The notes below the pieces were generated by a model. The model was given only the letters and a program-made list of their open reading frames with translations, was not told where the DNA came from and made no database searches. Positions 1 to 10,431 of a stretch of 64,000 nucleotides of DNA are shown here, in pieces (the stretch's first letter is position 1; every line of letters begins with the position of its first letter). The stretch is from Hyphomicrobiaceae bacterium (GTDB lineage: Bacteria; Pseudomonadota; Alphaproteobacteria; Rhizobiales; Hyphomicrobiaceae). Made by a program: the position numbers and the translations under genes. The stretch lies in assembly GCA_031367505.1 (NCBI GenBank), contig JANLPY010000421.1, forward strand, positions 36,065 through 100,064, read 5' to 3'.

Positions 1-1
1 T

Positions 2-337
2 CTGATGATGTACTTTGGCGCGCGAACGCCGGCCGAGCTTCCATACTTCGGCCCGCTGCAAAAAGTACCCGCGTCGGTACTCGAAAAGCATTTGGTCTAT
101 TCACGCGTACCCGGCAAAACCAAGGAATACGTTCAAGACCGAATGCGCATCGAAGGTGTGAGAGTTTCGGATCTGTTGCGCTCCGATGCGACTCACATTT
201 TCATCTGCGGCTTAAAAGGAATGGAGGCTGGCGTTGACGAAGCGTTGGCCGACGTGTGCCGTCAACACAGTCTCGATTGGGCAGCGTTGAAACCGCTCAT
301 GCGCACCAGCGGCCGGTATCACGTCGAGACCTATTGA
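2..337 (+). CDS. ferredoxin--NADP+ reductase-type flavoprotein, C-terminal NAD(P)-binding part (5' end outside the window)
   Basis: The frame is open from the window edge. The tail HIFICGLKGMEAGVDEAL...SGRYHVETY resembles a plant-type FNR C-terminus ending in an aromatic residue. Confidence 0.7.
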   Translation: MMMYFGARTPAELPYFGPLQKVPASVLEKHLVYSRVPGKTKEYVQDRMRIEGVRVSDLLRSDATHIFICGLKGMEAGVDEALADVCRQHSLDWAALKPLMRTSGRYHVETY

Positions 338-357
338 AAAGGTTGAGGTCAAAGGTC

Positions 358-1275
358 ATGTCACGCATGTCGATCGCGGTTGGATTGGCGATCGTCGGTG
401 CTGCCGTGATCGTTGCTTGGTTCGGTTTGCCGGTCAGCCCGCAGACGTCCAACCGCGCCGCAACGCCGCGAAATCCCATTGCGGTGAAGGCAGGATCTGG
501 CGAAAGCTTTCGCGATTGCTCCGAAGTTTGTCCCGAAATGGTTGTCATTCCGCCCGGTGATTTCTTGCTCGGCTCGGCTCCGGAAGAGCCCGAACGCGAG
601 AATTGGAAGGAAGGCTCGGAGAGCCCGCAGGTACGAGTAGTACTCGCCCATTCGCTAGCGGTGGGAAAGTTCGCCGTGACGTTGGCCGAATGGGACGCCT
701 GCATTTCGAGTGGTGGATGCGGCGGCTACAAACCCGATGATCAAGGATGGGGACGCGGCCGGCGCCCGGTCATCAACGTCGATTGGCAACAAGCTCAGTC
801 TTACGTTGAATGGCTCACTCAAAAAACCGGACGGACGTATCGGTTGCTTTCAGAAACCGAGCGCGAGTACGCGACGCGCGCAGGCAGCATCACACCTTTC
901 TGGTGGGGCACATCGATCGCGCCACAACAGGCCAACTACAACGGATCTTCCGAGCCTTACGAAGGTGGTGGCGAGAAAGGCGAATACCAACGCAAGACGA
1001 TGGTGGCCGACAGTTACAAAGCCAATCCTTGGGGGCTGTATCAGGTGCATGGCAACGTCTGGGAATGGACCGCTGATTGCTGGAACAATAGTCACGAAGG
1101 CAACCCGTTGGATGGCGCTGCGAGAACAACCGGCGAGTGCGAGCGCCGCGTGGTTCGCGGTGGCGCGTGGTACGATTCCCCCCGTGATTTGCGGTCGGCA
1201 TTTCGCACCGGTTTCACCACGGGCACGAGCAACGACATGGTCGGCTTTCGCGTTGCGCGTGGGCTCGATCGGTAA
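358..1275 (+). CDS. formylglycine-generating enzyme (FGE/SUMF1) family protein with N-terminal membrane anchor
   Basis: It carries the motifs GNVWEWTADCW and RVVRGGAWYDSPRDLRSAFR. I chose ATG 358 because of an upstream GAGG and the hydrophobic MSRMSIAVGLAIVGAAVIV. The ORF-track start at 256 overlaps the previous gene. Confidence 0.85.
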   Translation: MSRMSIAVGLAIVGAAVIVAWFGLPVSPQTSNRAATPRNPIAVKAGSGESFRDCSEVCPEMVVIPPGDFLLGSAPEEPERENWKEGSESPQVRVVLAHSLAVGKFAVTLAEWDACISSGGCGGYKPDDQGWGRGRRPVINVDWQQAQSYVEWLTQKTGRTYRLLSETEREYATRAGSITPFWWGTSIAPQQANYNGSSEPYEGGGEKGEYQRKTMVADSYKANPWGLYQVHGNVWEWTADCWNNSHEGNPLDGAARTTGECERRVVRGGAWYDSPRDLRSAFRTGFTTGTSNDMVGFRVARGLDR

Positions 1276-1506
1276 AATCGAATGCGGCGACCACGCCACA
1301 TATCAATCGATCGAGACTAACTCCATCTGATTCCTGCCATTTTTTGAGTGCGGGGTAGTTGGGCAATGTCAAAGTGATTCGCGGCCGGCGGGCGACGGCC
1401 AGCGATTGACTGACAATTGAGTTCAGTATCCGACAGCAGTCAGTCTCGCGTGAACCAGAGCCATCCTGCAGCTCGCACAGTCCACCCTGTACGGAGGGAT
1501 CACGCC

Positions 1507-1746
1507 ATGGATCTCAACATCATCGTCATGATCACAATGCTTGCGCTGCCAAATGGCGACAACGGCGTGCATGTGAAACCGTTCACCAACGTATCGGAAT
1601 GTGCCGAGGCGGCGGACATCGAAGCGACGGATCCGTTTGTAGCGCACGTGGAATGTTCGGAACTGAAAAACGGCGTCTTGACGCTGCACTTCAAGCAAAA
1701 TGACGCCAAGCCGAGCGTGGCCGAATCGACCAAACCGCTGGGCTGA
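1507..1746 (+). CDS. hypothetical small protein (80 aa) with hydrophobic N-terminus
   Basis: ATG 1507 is preceded by GGAGGGA about 8 nt upstream. I recognise no family. Confidence 0.4.
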   Translation: MDLNIIVMITMLALPNGDNGVHVKPFTNVSECAEAADIEATDPFVAHVECSELKNGVLTLHFKQNDAKPSVAESTKPLG

Positions 1747-1851
1747 CCAAAGCCCGCAATGAGCGAATTAGCACCGGAGTGGGGGGCCGTCCGGTCGCAT
1801 CTTGTAAACATCAGAAACAGGAGTTCCCCGTTGAGCCAGGAGCCCATCGTA

Positions 1852-2157
1852 ATGGCCGAGCAAGCCTGCCAGGAAGCCGTCGCCTACGACTTGATGCGCG
1901 ACATTATGTTTGAAGATCCAGATCGGCCTAAACCTAACACAGCCGAGTTTCGCGGCTACGTTCTGGATCTCTATTCTGAGTGTCTAGTCGCGGTGAGCGG
2001 CAAGCGCACCTTTTCAGCGCCCGGTACCCGGCTCGTGCCGCGTACGCCGGTCACAATTGAAAGCAGCAATGAGAATTGCAGCGCCAACAGCAACGGGACT
2101 GCCAAGCAGATAGATCCGCTGCGCAACAAAAAGCGGCTGCAGCAGGCGCAGGCGTAA
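1852..2157 (+). CDS. hypothetical protein (101 aa)
   Basis: ATG 1852 is preceded by AGGAG. The AYDLMRDIMFED...YVLDLYSECLVAV pattern resembles small conserved alphaproteobacterial orphans. This is from memory only. Confidence 0.45.
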   Translation: MAEQACQEAVAYDLMRDIMFEDPDRPKPNTAEFRGYVLDLYSECLVAVSGKRTFSAPGTRLVPRTPVTIESSNENCSANSNGTAKQIDPLRNKKRLQQAQA

Positions 2158-2161
2158 CGCA

Positions 2162-3244
2162 TCATACACGCAGGCTGGCGCCGGTAGTTACATCGAACAG
2201 ATGTACCGCCGCTGTCGGCGCCTCGATCGTGAGTGTATCGCTGCCGACGCCAGCGGCTGCGGCCGGCAGCGACATTACCATGGCCGATTTTCCACCGGCG
2301 AGCCCGTGGATGAGACGGGTTGCGCCCAACTCCTCGACGAACTCCCTCGACAACAAAACCGTGTGCTTTGCGCCGGGAGCGGCAAGGACGAGGTCTTCCG
2401 GGCGCACACCGATCTCGACGACTTGGCCGGCCGCACCGTTGAAGACTTTTGCGTCGTAGGCAAAGCGTCCGCCGCCATCACACTCGACAACGCCGGCTTG
2501 TACCACTTTGCCCGGCACCAGGTTCATCGCCGGCGACCCGATAAAGGTCGCGACGAACTTCGAGGCCGGATGCCGGTAGACATCGATCGGGCTGCCGGTT
2601 TGCTCGATGCGGCCACCGTTCATGACGACAACGACATCAGCGAGCGTCATTGCCTCGACCTGATCGTGCGTGACGAAGATCGATGTCGCCTTGAGCCGGT
2701 TGTGCAAACGCCGGATCTCGAGCCGCATCTGCACACGAAGTTTGGCGTCAAGATTTGACAGCGGCTCATCAAAAAGAAATGCCTGTGGCTCGCGAACGAC
2801 AGCGCGTCCCATGGCGACACGTTGGCGCTGACCGCCGGATAATGCACGTGGTTTGCGATCGAGGAATGGACCGATCTCCAGCATACGGGCGGCTTCGGCG
2901 ACGCGCGTCTCGATCACGGCCTTATCGACGCCGCGATTGCGTAAGCCATAGGCCATGTTGTCGTAGACGCTCATGTGCGGGTAGAGCGCATAATTCTGGA
3001 ACACCATCGCGATGTCGCGGTCGGCGGGCTCCACGTTATTGACGACGCGGCCACCGATCGAGATGGTGCCGCGCGAGATGGTCTCAAGTCCGGCGATCAT
3101 CCGCAGAAGTGTCGACTTCCCACAGCCCGACGGTCCGAGTAGCACCGTGAAGCTGCCGTCGGGAATCGTGAGGGTGATCCCTTTCACCGCCTCGACGCCA
3201 CCGGCGTAGACCTTAGAGACCTGGTCGAGCGTTACCGATGCCAT
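2162..3244 (-). CDS. ABC transporter ATP-binding protein, MalK/UgpC (CUT1) type
   Basis: Walker [10 protein letters not shown], signature LSGGQRQR, Walker B FLFDEPLS, and a C-terminal regulatory/TOBE-like extension. Confidence 0.9.
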   Translation of the reverse strand: MASVTLDQVSKVYAGGVEAVKGITLTIPDGSFTVLLGPSGCGKSTLLRMIAGLETISRGTISIGGRVVNNVEPADRDIAMVFQNYALYPHMSVYDNMAYGLRNRGVDKAVIETRVAEAARMLEIGPFLDRKPRALSGGQRQRVAMGRAVVREPQAFLFDEPLSNLDAKLRVQMRLEIRRLHNRLKATSIFVTHDQVEAMTLADVVVVMNGGRIEQTGSPIDVYRHPASKFVATFIGSPAMNLVPGKVVQAGVVECDGGGRFAYDAKVFNGAAGQVVEIGVRPEDLVLAAPGAKHTVLLSREFVEELGATRLIHGLAGGKSAMVMSLPAAAAGVGSDTLTIEAPTAAVHLFDVTTGASLRV

Positions 3245-4512
3245 CAGTGGATTCCCTGCAATGCAATGCCATCGAGCCCCGACGTGTCGCGGCCAAGATA
3301 CGTCAAAATCGTTGGCGCCAAGTCAACCGGTGTCACCGCCCGATGATCGATCCGAGCTGGCCGGAAACCACCACCGTCGATCATCAGGAATGGCATCTGC
3401 TCGTATTTGGATAGCCCGCCGTGTTGTCCGAAACCAAGCCGGTCGGGTTTACCGAACTGGGGTTTGGCGACAAGGCTGCGTCCCCGGATTCCGAACTCGT
3501 TTGGCTCGTCATCGGATTGCATGGAAACGGCGAATGCCAAGCCATTGTGGGCCGCCTGACCAACTTCGCCGAGCCGTTCGCTACCGAGAACCTGGCCGGC
3601 CCACGATTGCGCCCGCAGGAATTTGTCGATGCCGGGAATTCGGCCCGTGCTCGATGGCGCGACATAAATCAACGCCGACGTGCCGTTTGAAACGGCTGCG
3701 ACGTCTCCCGAACCTGTACCGGATTTCAGGCCGGCAGAGATCAGCTCGGCATCGATGTCGATGATGCCGGTCACGGTTTCATGGCCGTGATCCGATCCGA
3801 TCATCAGCAAAACATCTTCGCCTCTTGCCCGCAACCGATCGACCGCGGCGATGACCAATCCGGCATTGTGATCGGCTGAACGCACCACCTCCAACATCTC
3901 AGGTGAGCCCAGGGCCATGGTGTGTTGCGCGTGGTCGGGTTCGCCGGTCCACAACACAGCGAGTGCCGGTTTGCGGTGGGCCAGCACTTCCGCGCAGAAC
4001 CTCTCTGTCATATGACGATCGCCGGCCGGATCGAGATTGATGTTCAATTCGTCTTCGGTGCGCACCCGTTGGCGCCCGGGCCCGAACGAGCCAGCGCGAT
4101 TATAGACATACCCGAAACCATCTGGGTCATGCGCGTAAGCGGCACCGGGTGATACGTTGTTGAAGACGATGACACCACCGTGCGACGACAGGCGTTCCGC
4201 CATCGTAGGTTTCGCTAACGACTGGCCGGTGAGCGTGCGCTTCTTTTGCAGGAACTCGGGATCGCCTGCGTCATAGACGACGAGTTCGCCGTCTTGCAAC
4301 AGTGCCATGGTGTTGCCCTGTAGCCCGTGCCGTGCAGGCAAGCAGCCGGTGGCGAAAGTCGATGAGACGACACGTGTCGCCGATGGAAAAACCGACCGGT
4401 ATGCTGCGAACGACGTTGCGCGATTGGCGAACGCACAAAGGTGCGGGGTCCATTCCGGCTTGATGAAATCCCGCCGCAAGCCATCGAGATTGACGTAGAC
4501 TGTGCGTTGCAT
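3244..4512 (-). CDS. alkaline-phosphatase superfamily protein, nucleotide pyrophosphatase/phosphodiesterase (NPP)-like
   Basis: [16 protein letters not shown]...FPSATRV (Thr nucleophile context) and a later GSDHGH metal motif. ATG 4512 was chosen because it lies 2 nt after the upstream permease stop. The ORF-track start at 4623 would overlap that gene. Confidence 0.8.
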   Translation of the reverse strand: MQRTVYVNLDGLRRDFIKPEWTPHLCAFANRATSFAAYRSVFPSATRVVSSTFATGCLPARHGLQGNTMALLQDGELVVYDAGDPEFLQKKRTLTGQSLAKPTMAERLSSHGGVIVFNNVSPGAAYAHDPDGFGYVYNRAGSFGPGRQRVRTEDELNINLDPAGDRHMTERFCAEVLAHRKPALAVLWTGEPDHAQHTMALGSPEMLEVVRSADHNAGLVIAAVDRLRARGEDVLLMIGSDHGHETVTGIIDIDAELISAGLKSGTGSGDVAAVSNGTSALIYVAPSSTGRIPGIDKFLRAQSWAGQVLGSERLGEVGQAAHNGLAFAVSMQSDDEPNEFGIRGRSLVAKPQFGKPDRLGFGQHGGLSKYEQMPFLMIDGGGFRPARIDHRAVTPVDLAPTILTYLGRDTSGLDGIALQGIH

Positions 4513-4514
4513 CC

Positions 4515-5366
4515 CTACTTCTCCGTCTCCACCAGTCCCTTGACGAACCAGCGCTGCATCAACACGACCACCAGTACTGGCGGCAACATGGCGAGCATCG
4601 CGGTTGCCATGACCACGTTCCACTCGGTCAGTGCGTCGGCCGTGACGATCATCTTCTTGATGCCGATGACAACCGTCTGCATGTCGTCACGGGTGGTGAT
4701 CAGCAGCGGCCATAGATACTGGTTCCAGCCGTAGATGAAGAGGATCACGAACAAGGCCGCAATGTTTGTTACCGATAGTGGGAGGAGCGTATCCTTGAAG
4801 AACTTCCACGGGCCCGCACCGTCGAGTTTCGATGCTTCGATCAGCTCATCGGGGATCGTCATGAAGAATTGGCGGAAGAACAAAGTCGCGGTGGCCGATG
4901 CGATCAGTGGGATCGTCAAGCCGGCGTAGGTATCGAGCAATCCCAGGTCGGCGACGATCTTGTAGGTCGGATAAATGCGCACCTCGACGGGAAGCATCAG
5001 TGTCATGAAGATCAGCCAGAACGCTGTCATGCGAAATGGAAACTTGAAGTACACGACCGCGTAGGCCGAAAGTATCGAGATCGTGATTTTGCCGAAAGCG
5101 ATGATGCCGGCCATCAGCATGCTGTTCATCAACATCTGCCACACCGGCTGGCGGGTGGTGCCGCTGGTGCCGATGAACAGCGCCTTGTAGTAAGTTTCAA
5201 AAAATAGCGGACCGGGTGTAACGGGCATTTTTCCGTTAGCGATCAGATCTTGCGGGTGCGTCGAGCCGACGAAGCACAGGTATACCGGAAATGCGATGAT
5301 CGCGATGCCGGCGATCAGGATCACGTGTGGCACGAAGTTGCGCCAGAAGCCTTGCTGCTCAACCAT
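4515..5366 (-). CDS. carbohydrate-type ABC transporter permease (UgpE/MalG-like)
   Basis: Six hydrophobic segments and an EAA-type loop (ASKLDGAGPWKFFKDTLLPL). The start MVEQQGFWRNF is at 5366. Confidence 0.85.
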   Translation of the reverse strand: MVEQQGFWRNFVPHVILIAGIAIIAFPVYLCFVGSTHPQDLIANGKMPVTPGPLFFETYYKALFIGTSGTTRQPVWQMLMNSMLMAGIIAFGKITISILSAYAVVYFKFPFRMTAFWLIFMTLMLPVEVRIYPTYKIVADLGLLDTYAGLTIPLIASATATLFFRQFFMTIPDELIEASKLDGAGPWKFFKDTLLPLSVTNIAALFVILFIYGWNQYLWPLLITTRDDMQTVVIGIKKMIVTADALTEWNVVMATAMLAMLPPVLVVVLMQRWFVKGLVETEK

Positions 5367-6138
5367 TGTTACGACCCACCCAGGTCCCGGGATTTGCAAT
5401 AAGCTCGCCGAGCGTCTTCGAGCAGGCGTCGAGTAGCGCTTCACCTTTTGCCTGGCTCGCCCGGCGGGGATCGCCAATCACGCCGTTTGGCGTGAACGAT
5501 TTTAGCGACCGGAAGCGCTGTGCTGGCGGCATCAGGACATGGCGCGAGTTGGCGAAGTTGGGGCCAATCGCCTCGGCTATACGGTCGTATTTGACGGTGC
5601 CCGGCGCCAGTACCATCATCAGCGACGTTTCGAGCTCGCAGGCGTGCAGCACGCTTGTTTGATCTTCGAGGATGCCGCCGAGAAGAGGTAGCGCCAGTTC
5701 AAAATAGGTCGTCGCGATCAGGTCGAGCGAGGTATGCCGCGCAAAGTCCGGGAGTAACGCGTTCAGCGCGGAGACATTGCCGCCGTGTCCGTTGACAATT
5801 GCAACACGCTGGAAGCCGGCCCGCTCGATGCTTTGCAGGAACGCGATGAGCACGCTCCGATAGGTCGGGATATCGAAAGTGAATGTGCCGCCGAACGCCA
5901 TGTGATGTTCGGCCATGCCGCACCACAGCGTCGGCGCGACGATAACGGGGGTGTCTTGACGGATGCGATCAGCCGCCGCCTTGCAAACCCCCTCGCACAG
6001 TATGGTGTCGACCCCGACGGGTAAGTGTGGGCCGTGCTGCTCCATCGAGGCAACGGGGAGTATGACGACCGCACCAGCTTTTGCCAGCGCGTTGATATCT
6101 TCGGCCGTGAGTTCTTTCCAAAGTGCGGATGCGGTCAT
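5359..6138 (-). CDS. creatininase-family amidohydrolase
   Basis: PVASMEQHGPHLPVGVD and IVNGHGGN motifs typical of the creatinine amidohydrolase family. Confidence 0.85.
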   Translation of the reverse strand: MTASALWKELTAEDINALAKAGAVVILPVASMEQHGPHLPVGVDTILCEGVCKAAADRIRQDTPVIVAPTLWCGMAEHHMAFGGTFTFDIPTYRSVLIAFLQSIERAGFQRVAIVNGHGGNVSALNALLPDFARHTSLDLIATTYFELALPLLGGILEDQTSVLHACELETSLMMVLAPGTVKYDRIAEAIGPNFANSRHVLMPPAQRFRSLKSFTPNGVIGDPRRASQAKGEALLDACSKTLGELIANPGTWVGRNNG

Positions 6139-7019
6139 CAGTACGTCACCTTGCGTTCAATGAAGCGGAACTGGATGGCGGTCATGGCGACGACCATGAT
6201 CATCAGGATCACCGATTGCGCGGCCGACGAGCCGAGATTGCCGCCAAGCCGGCCGTCGGAGTAAACTTTATAAACGAGCGTCTCGGTGGCTCTTGCCGGT
6301 CCGCCTGCCGTTACGCTGTCAATGATGCCGAAGGTATCGAAGAACACGTAGACGATGTTGACGACGAGCAGGAAGAACGCAGTTGGCGACAGCAGTGGAA
6401 ACGTGATCGTCCAAAACCGGCGCGTGGGCGAGGCGCCATCGATCGCGGCTGCTTCGTAAACAGCGCGCGGGATTGCTGCTAATCCCGCTAGGAAGAACAG
6501 GAAATTGTAGCTGATCTGTTTCCATACCGATGCCATGACGACGAGCGTCATCGCGTGGGTGCCGTTGAGCAACGGGTTCCAATCGACGCCGGCGCTGCGG
6601 ATGAAGCGCGCGACGAGGCCGAGTGACGGCTGAAACATGAACAACCACAACACACCGGCAACGGCCGGCGCGACGGCGTAGGGCCAGATCAGCAGCGTCT
6701 TGTAAACGCGCGCGCCCTTGATCGCCTTATCCGCTTGCACGGCGAGGATCAGGGCAAGCCCCAGCGAAAGGGTCGTGACCGCCGCGGCGAACAGAAGGGT
6801 GGTGCCGATCGTCCTGTAATATTCCGGCTGTTGCAGTAGATCGCGGTAATTCTCGAACCAGACGAAATCAGTCTTGAGACCAAACGCATCTTGCAGCAGG
6901 AACGATTGCCAAACGGCTTGGCTGGCTGGCCAATAAAAGAACACGAGGGTAACGAGAAGCTGCGGTGCAAGGAGTGCCAGAGGCAACATCCAGCCGGCGA
7001 ATACCGATCGCTTTTCCAT
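6138..7019 (-). CDS. carbohydrate-type ABC transporter permease (UgpA/MalF-like)
   Basis: Multi-pass membrane protein with an EAA loop ([21 protein letters not shown]). Confidence 0.85.
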   Translation of the reverse strand: MEKRSVFAGWMLPLALLAPQLLVTLVFFYWPASQAVWQSFLLQDAFGLKTDFVWFENYRDLLQQPEYYRTIGTTLLFAAAVTTLSLGLALILAVQADKAIKGARVYKTLLIWPYAVAPAVAGVLWLFMFQPSLGLVARFIRSAGVDWNPLLNGTHAMTLVVMASVWKQISYNFLFFLAGLAAIPRAVYEAAAIDGASPTRRFWTITFPLLSPTAFFLLVVNIVYVFFDTFGIIDSVTAGGPARATETLVYKVYSDGRLGGNLGSSAAQSVILMIMVVAMTAIQFRFIERKVTY

Positions 7020-7091
7020 GTTTCATCCCTCCGCGCCGCGCACTCGTTGCGCCGGTGCGTTATCGTTATCGCACTGTTTCATGACGGTTGG

Positions 7092-8054
7092 TCAGTCGGC
7101 AAGCAGCTTTGCAGCGGCCGGTTCATGGCGGGCGAGGCGGGCGAGTAGATAATCGACCTCACGGCGGGCCGTCGCCGAAAGCGAACCACCAGGTTTGCGC
7201 TGAGCATCGGACGCAATGATGCCGCGTCGCATCAAGACATATTTGCGGACCGCCAACCCTGCGCCCGGCTGCTGTTCGTAGCGAACCAGCGGCAGGTGTG
7301 CATCGAACATGTCGTGCGCCGCGTCGCGCGCTCCTTGTGCCATCAAGCGGCAGACGCCAACGAGCATTTCCGGAAAGGCGTAACCGGTCATCGCGCCATC
7401 GGCACCACGGCTCATCTCGAAGTCGAGGAACAAGCCGCCATTGCCGGTAAGGATCGAAATGTGCCGCATCCGGCCCTCAGCTTGGGCACTGCGCACGGCA
7501 CTGATCTTTTCCAGACCCGGCCAATCTTCGTGTTTCAACATGACGCACGATGGGTGCGCGGCGACGATGCGCTCGATCACGCTGTTCGACATGACAACGC
7601 CGGTCGATAGTGGGTAGTCCTGAACGACGAATGGCACATCAGGTCCAATAGCGTTCACGGTGTCGGCGTAATAGTTGACGATCTGGTCATCGGTCTTGAC
7701 CGAAGCAGGCGGTGCAATCATCACCCCGGCTGCTCCTGCCTGCATACTACTTTGAGCCAGTGTGCGCATGGCGGCAAAACCGGGTGCGGAAACACCGACG
7801 ACCACCGGCAGCGCTTGTGCACGGCTGACGACTTGCTTGACGAAGCTTTGCGCTTCGCTGGCATCGAGCTTCGGCGCTTCTCCCATCATACCGAGGACGG
7901 TGATTCCGCTAACGCCCGATGACTTGTAAAAGTCGATCAGGCGATCGGTGCTCGCTGTGTCGATGCGGCCGTCGTCATGAAACGGCGTGGCGGAAATAAT
8001 ATAGACGCCCTTGGCGGCAGTGGTGAGCATGGCATTGTCCTCAGCATCGCTCAT
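7092..8054 (-). CDS. dihydrodipicolinate synthase (DapA/NAL) family class I aldolase-like protein
   Basis: DHDPS-family layout (GITVLGMMGEAPKL, VVVGVSA, MLKHEDW). The start ATG overlaps the stop of the upstream ubiH-like gene (8051-8054). Confidence 0.8.
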   Translation of the reverse strand: MSDAEDNAMLTTAAKGVYIISATPFHDDGRIDTASTDRLIDFYKSSGVSGITVLGMMGEAPKLDASEAQSFVKQVVSRAQALPVVVGVSAPGFAAMRTLAQSSMQAGAAGVMIAPPASVKTDDQIVNYYADTVNAIGPDVPFVVQDYPLSTGVVMSNSVIERIVAAHPSCVMLKHEDWPGLEKISAVRSAQAEGRMRHISILTGNGGLFLDFEMSRGADGAMTGYAFPEMLVGVCRLMAQGARDAAHDMFDAHLPLVRYEQQPGAGLAVRKYVLMRRGIIASDAQRKPGGSLSATARREVDYLLARLARHEPAAAKLLAD

Positions 8055-9286
8055 TGGGCACGCAGCAATCTCGGTACGTCTCCACTGAGACCGGCTGCTT
8101 CCGTGACGAATGCTTGTTTGATTGCGGGCATCCGGTCAAGCGCGCCTAAGCCGGCCTCGCGGGCCGATCGCATAAGCGGCCAATCGTTTGAAAACAAGCG
8201 ATTGAGCCCGCTGAACGTCGCCGTCGAAACGGTGGTGTCGAAGCGTCGCCAGCGTTCGTAGCGCTCCAGCGCATCCTCATTGCCAAGGTCGAGCCCGACA
8301 TGGGCCGCGTCGGACACGCATTCGACCAGGGCCGCGATATCGCGCAGTCCGAGGTTCAGTCCTTGGCCGGCGATCGGATGTACGCCGTGCGCTGCGTCGC
8401 CAACGAGTGCCACGCGGGTTGCAATGTACCGCCTGGCAAGATGCGTTTCGAGCGGCCAGGACTTACGTGGCCCGTCCAGTGCTACGGCGCCAAGGCGACC
8501 GGCAACCCGGCGATCGACTTCCTGCAGAAATGCTTCGTCATCCAGCGCTAGAATGTCGGTGGCGACGCTGGCCACTTCGCTCCAAGTAACGCAGCTGCGG
8601 TAGCCGCCTTTGAGTGGCAACATGGCGAACGGTCCGCCAGGGAGAAAGTGCTGGATCGCGCGGTTGCGATGGTCGATCTCGTGGCTGATCGTGGTGACAA
8701 TCCCGATCTGATCATGATCCCATTGCACGGATTTGATGCCGGCCGACTCGCGAACGCGTGAGCGCCGTCCGTCCGCTGCAATGATCAGTTGTGCCGCAAG
8801 CTCAGTCCCATCGTCGAATAGGATCGATGCCGATGCGGGAGAGTTGACAAGCCCCGTGACCACAACCGGCCGTAAAAGTCGAATGGCTGGCACCTCAGCG
8901 ACCGTCTGTTCGAGGGCTTTAGCCAATCGTGCATTCGGCACAATCCATGACGCGTGCTGACCATGGGAGGTATTGTCGTAGGTCAGTAATCGCCTCCGAA
9001 CGCCCGCTTGCAGGCTGGAATCCGTCAACTCGATTTCGGCGACAGGCACCGCGATATCTTCCAGCTGCGACCATACCCCGAGTGTTTGCAGCAGATTTCT
9101 CGATCCGGCCGATATCGCCGAGGCGCGGGGGTCCAGTTGGTCAAGGCCGAGCGCAACAGTCGCTGGACCACGATCCGCGATAACCACACGAACCTGCTGT
9201 CCAAGCTCATGAACGAAGGCGAGTGCCAGGGTCAACCCGGCATAACTACCTCCTGCAATCACAATATCCGTCGATGCAGCCCGCAT
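8051..9286 (-). CDS. UbiH/UbiF/VisC/COQ6-family FAD-dependent ubiquinone-biosynthesis hydroxylase
   Basis: N-terminal dinucleotide fold IVIAGGSYAG and the fingerprint ALVGDAAHGVHPIAGQGLNLGLRD. Confidence 0.85.
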   Translation of the reverse strand: MRAASTDIVIAGGSYAGLTLALAFVHELGQQVRVVIADRGPATVALGLDQLDPRASAISAGSRNLLQTLGVWSQLEDIAVPVAEIELTDSSLQAGVRRRLLTYDNTSHGQHASWIVPNARLAKALEQTVAEVPAIRLLRPVVVTGLVNSPASASILFDDGTELAAQLIIAADGRRSRVRESAGIKSVQWDHDQIGIVTTISHEIDHRNRAIQHFLPGGPFAMLPLKGGYRSCVTWSEVASVATDILALDDEAFLQEVDRRVAGRLGAVALDGPRKSWPLETHLARRYIATRVALVGDAAHGVHPIAGQGLNLGLRDIAALVECVSDAAHVGLDLGNEDALERYERWRRFDTTVSTATFSGLNRLFSNDWPLMRSAREAGLGALDRMPAIKQAFVTEAAGLSGDVPRLLRAQ

Positions 9287-9398
9287 GGGCCTACCTCTCG
9301 TCTGTGCGATCCCGGCTCATCTTGACAGCGGCGGATCGCTACCTTCCCTTAACGGCAACACTGCACTTAGCCGTATCACGACTGCAACGGATCGCGGA

Positions 9399-10310
9399 AT
9401 GCCCAGCAAAAAACTCAAAGTCGAATCAACGCAACACAAAGCACTCGACGATCTGGTCAAGATTCTCGATCTCGAACCATTGGAACAAAACCTCTATCGC
9501 GGGCAGACGCAAAAGCAGGGCTGGCAGCGGGTGTATGGCGGATTGGTGCTGGCGCAATCTCTGGTAGCGGCAGTTCGCACCGTTGAACTCGATCGCCTTG
9601 CCCATTCGATGCACGGCTACTTTCTCCTCGGCGGCGAGCCTGGCACCCCCATCCTGTATGATGTCGAGCGCGTGCGTGATGGCAAGAGTTTCAATACGCG
9701 CCGCGTGAAAGCGATCCAGCACGGACGGCCGATATTCTTTCTCAGCGTGTCATTTCAGAAGCGGGAAGATGGATTGGTTCACCAAACGGAAATGCCCGAT
9801 GTGCCGTTGCCCGAGGATTTGTCCAACGAGCAACAGTTGGAGGAACAATATGCTGCTAACCTGCCCGCTAATCTGCGCAGTTACTTGCGGCGCGAGCGGC
9901 CCTTTGAGATGCGGCCGGTCGATTTCAGCCGGTACGTGACGCGGGCCAAAGCACCACCGCGGCAGTGCGTTTGGATCCGAGCAACCGGGCATCTGGCAGA
10001 CGATCAAAACCTGCACAACGCTTTGTTGGCCTACGCATCTGACTTCACTCTTCTGGAGACGGCGCTGATCGCGCATGGCAAGCTGCTGTTCGACACCGAT
10101 ATTCAACTCGCCAGTATCGATCATGCGATGTGGCTGCATGCACCGTTCCGCGCCGATGAATGGCTACTATACGCCCAAGAGAGCACATTTGCCGGTGGTG
10201 CGCGTGGCTTCTGCCGCGGCAGCATCTACACGCAGCACGGAGTTTTAGTTGCGTCGGTCACCCAAGAAGGCTTGATGCGCAATCGCGACACGAATTTCGT
10301 GGTGAAATAA
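9399..10310 (+). CDS. tesB: acyl-CoA thioesterase II
   Basis: Double hot-dog TesB pattern (LYRGQ...VYGGLVLAQSL, HSMHGYFL, SIDHAMWLH). I prefer ATG 9399 (MPSKKLKVE) to the longer ORF-track start. Confidence 0.85.
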   Translation: MPSKKLKVESTQHKALDDLVKILDLEPLEQNLYRGQTQKQGWQRVYGGLVLAQSLVAAVRTVELDRLAHSMHGYFLLGGEPGTPILYDVERVRDGKSFNTRRVKAIQHGRPIFFLSVSFQKREDGLVHQTEMPDVPLPEDLSNEQQLEEQYAANLPANLRSYLRRERPFEMRPVDFSRYVTRAKAPPRQCVWIRATGHLADDQNLHNALLAYASDFTLLETALIAHGKLLFDTDIQLASIDHAMWLHAPFRADEWLLYAQESTFAGGARGFCRGSIYTQHGVLVASVTQEGLMRNRDTNFVVK

Positions 10311-10431
10311 TAGGCAGTGCGGCTGCTAAATAGGCTTTCGATCGCTTTTTAGGAGCCTAAAATGCAAGCAAATGTTGCCGATCTGATAAAAAATACATGT
10401 GATTCAATAAATTAAGACTTAGTAAATTAAT

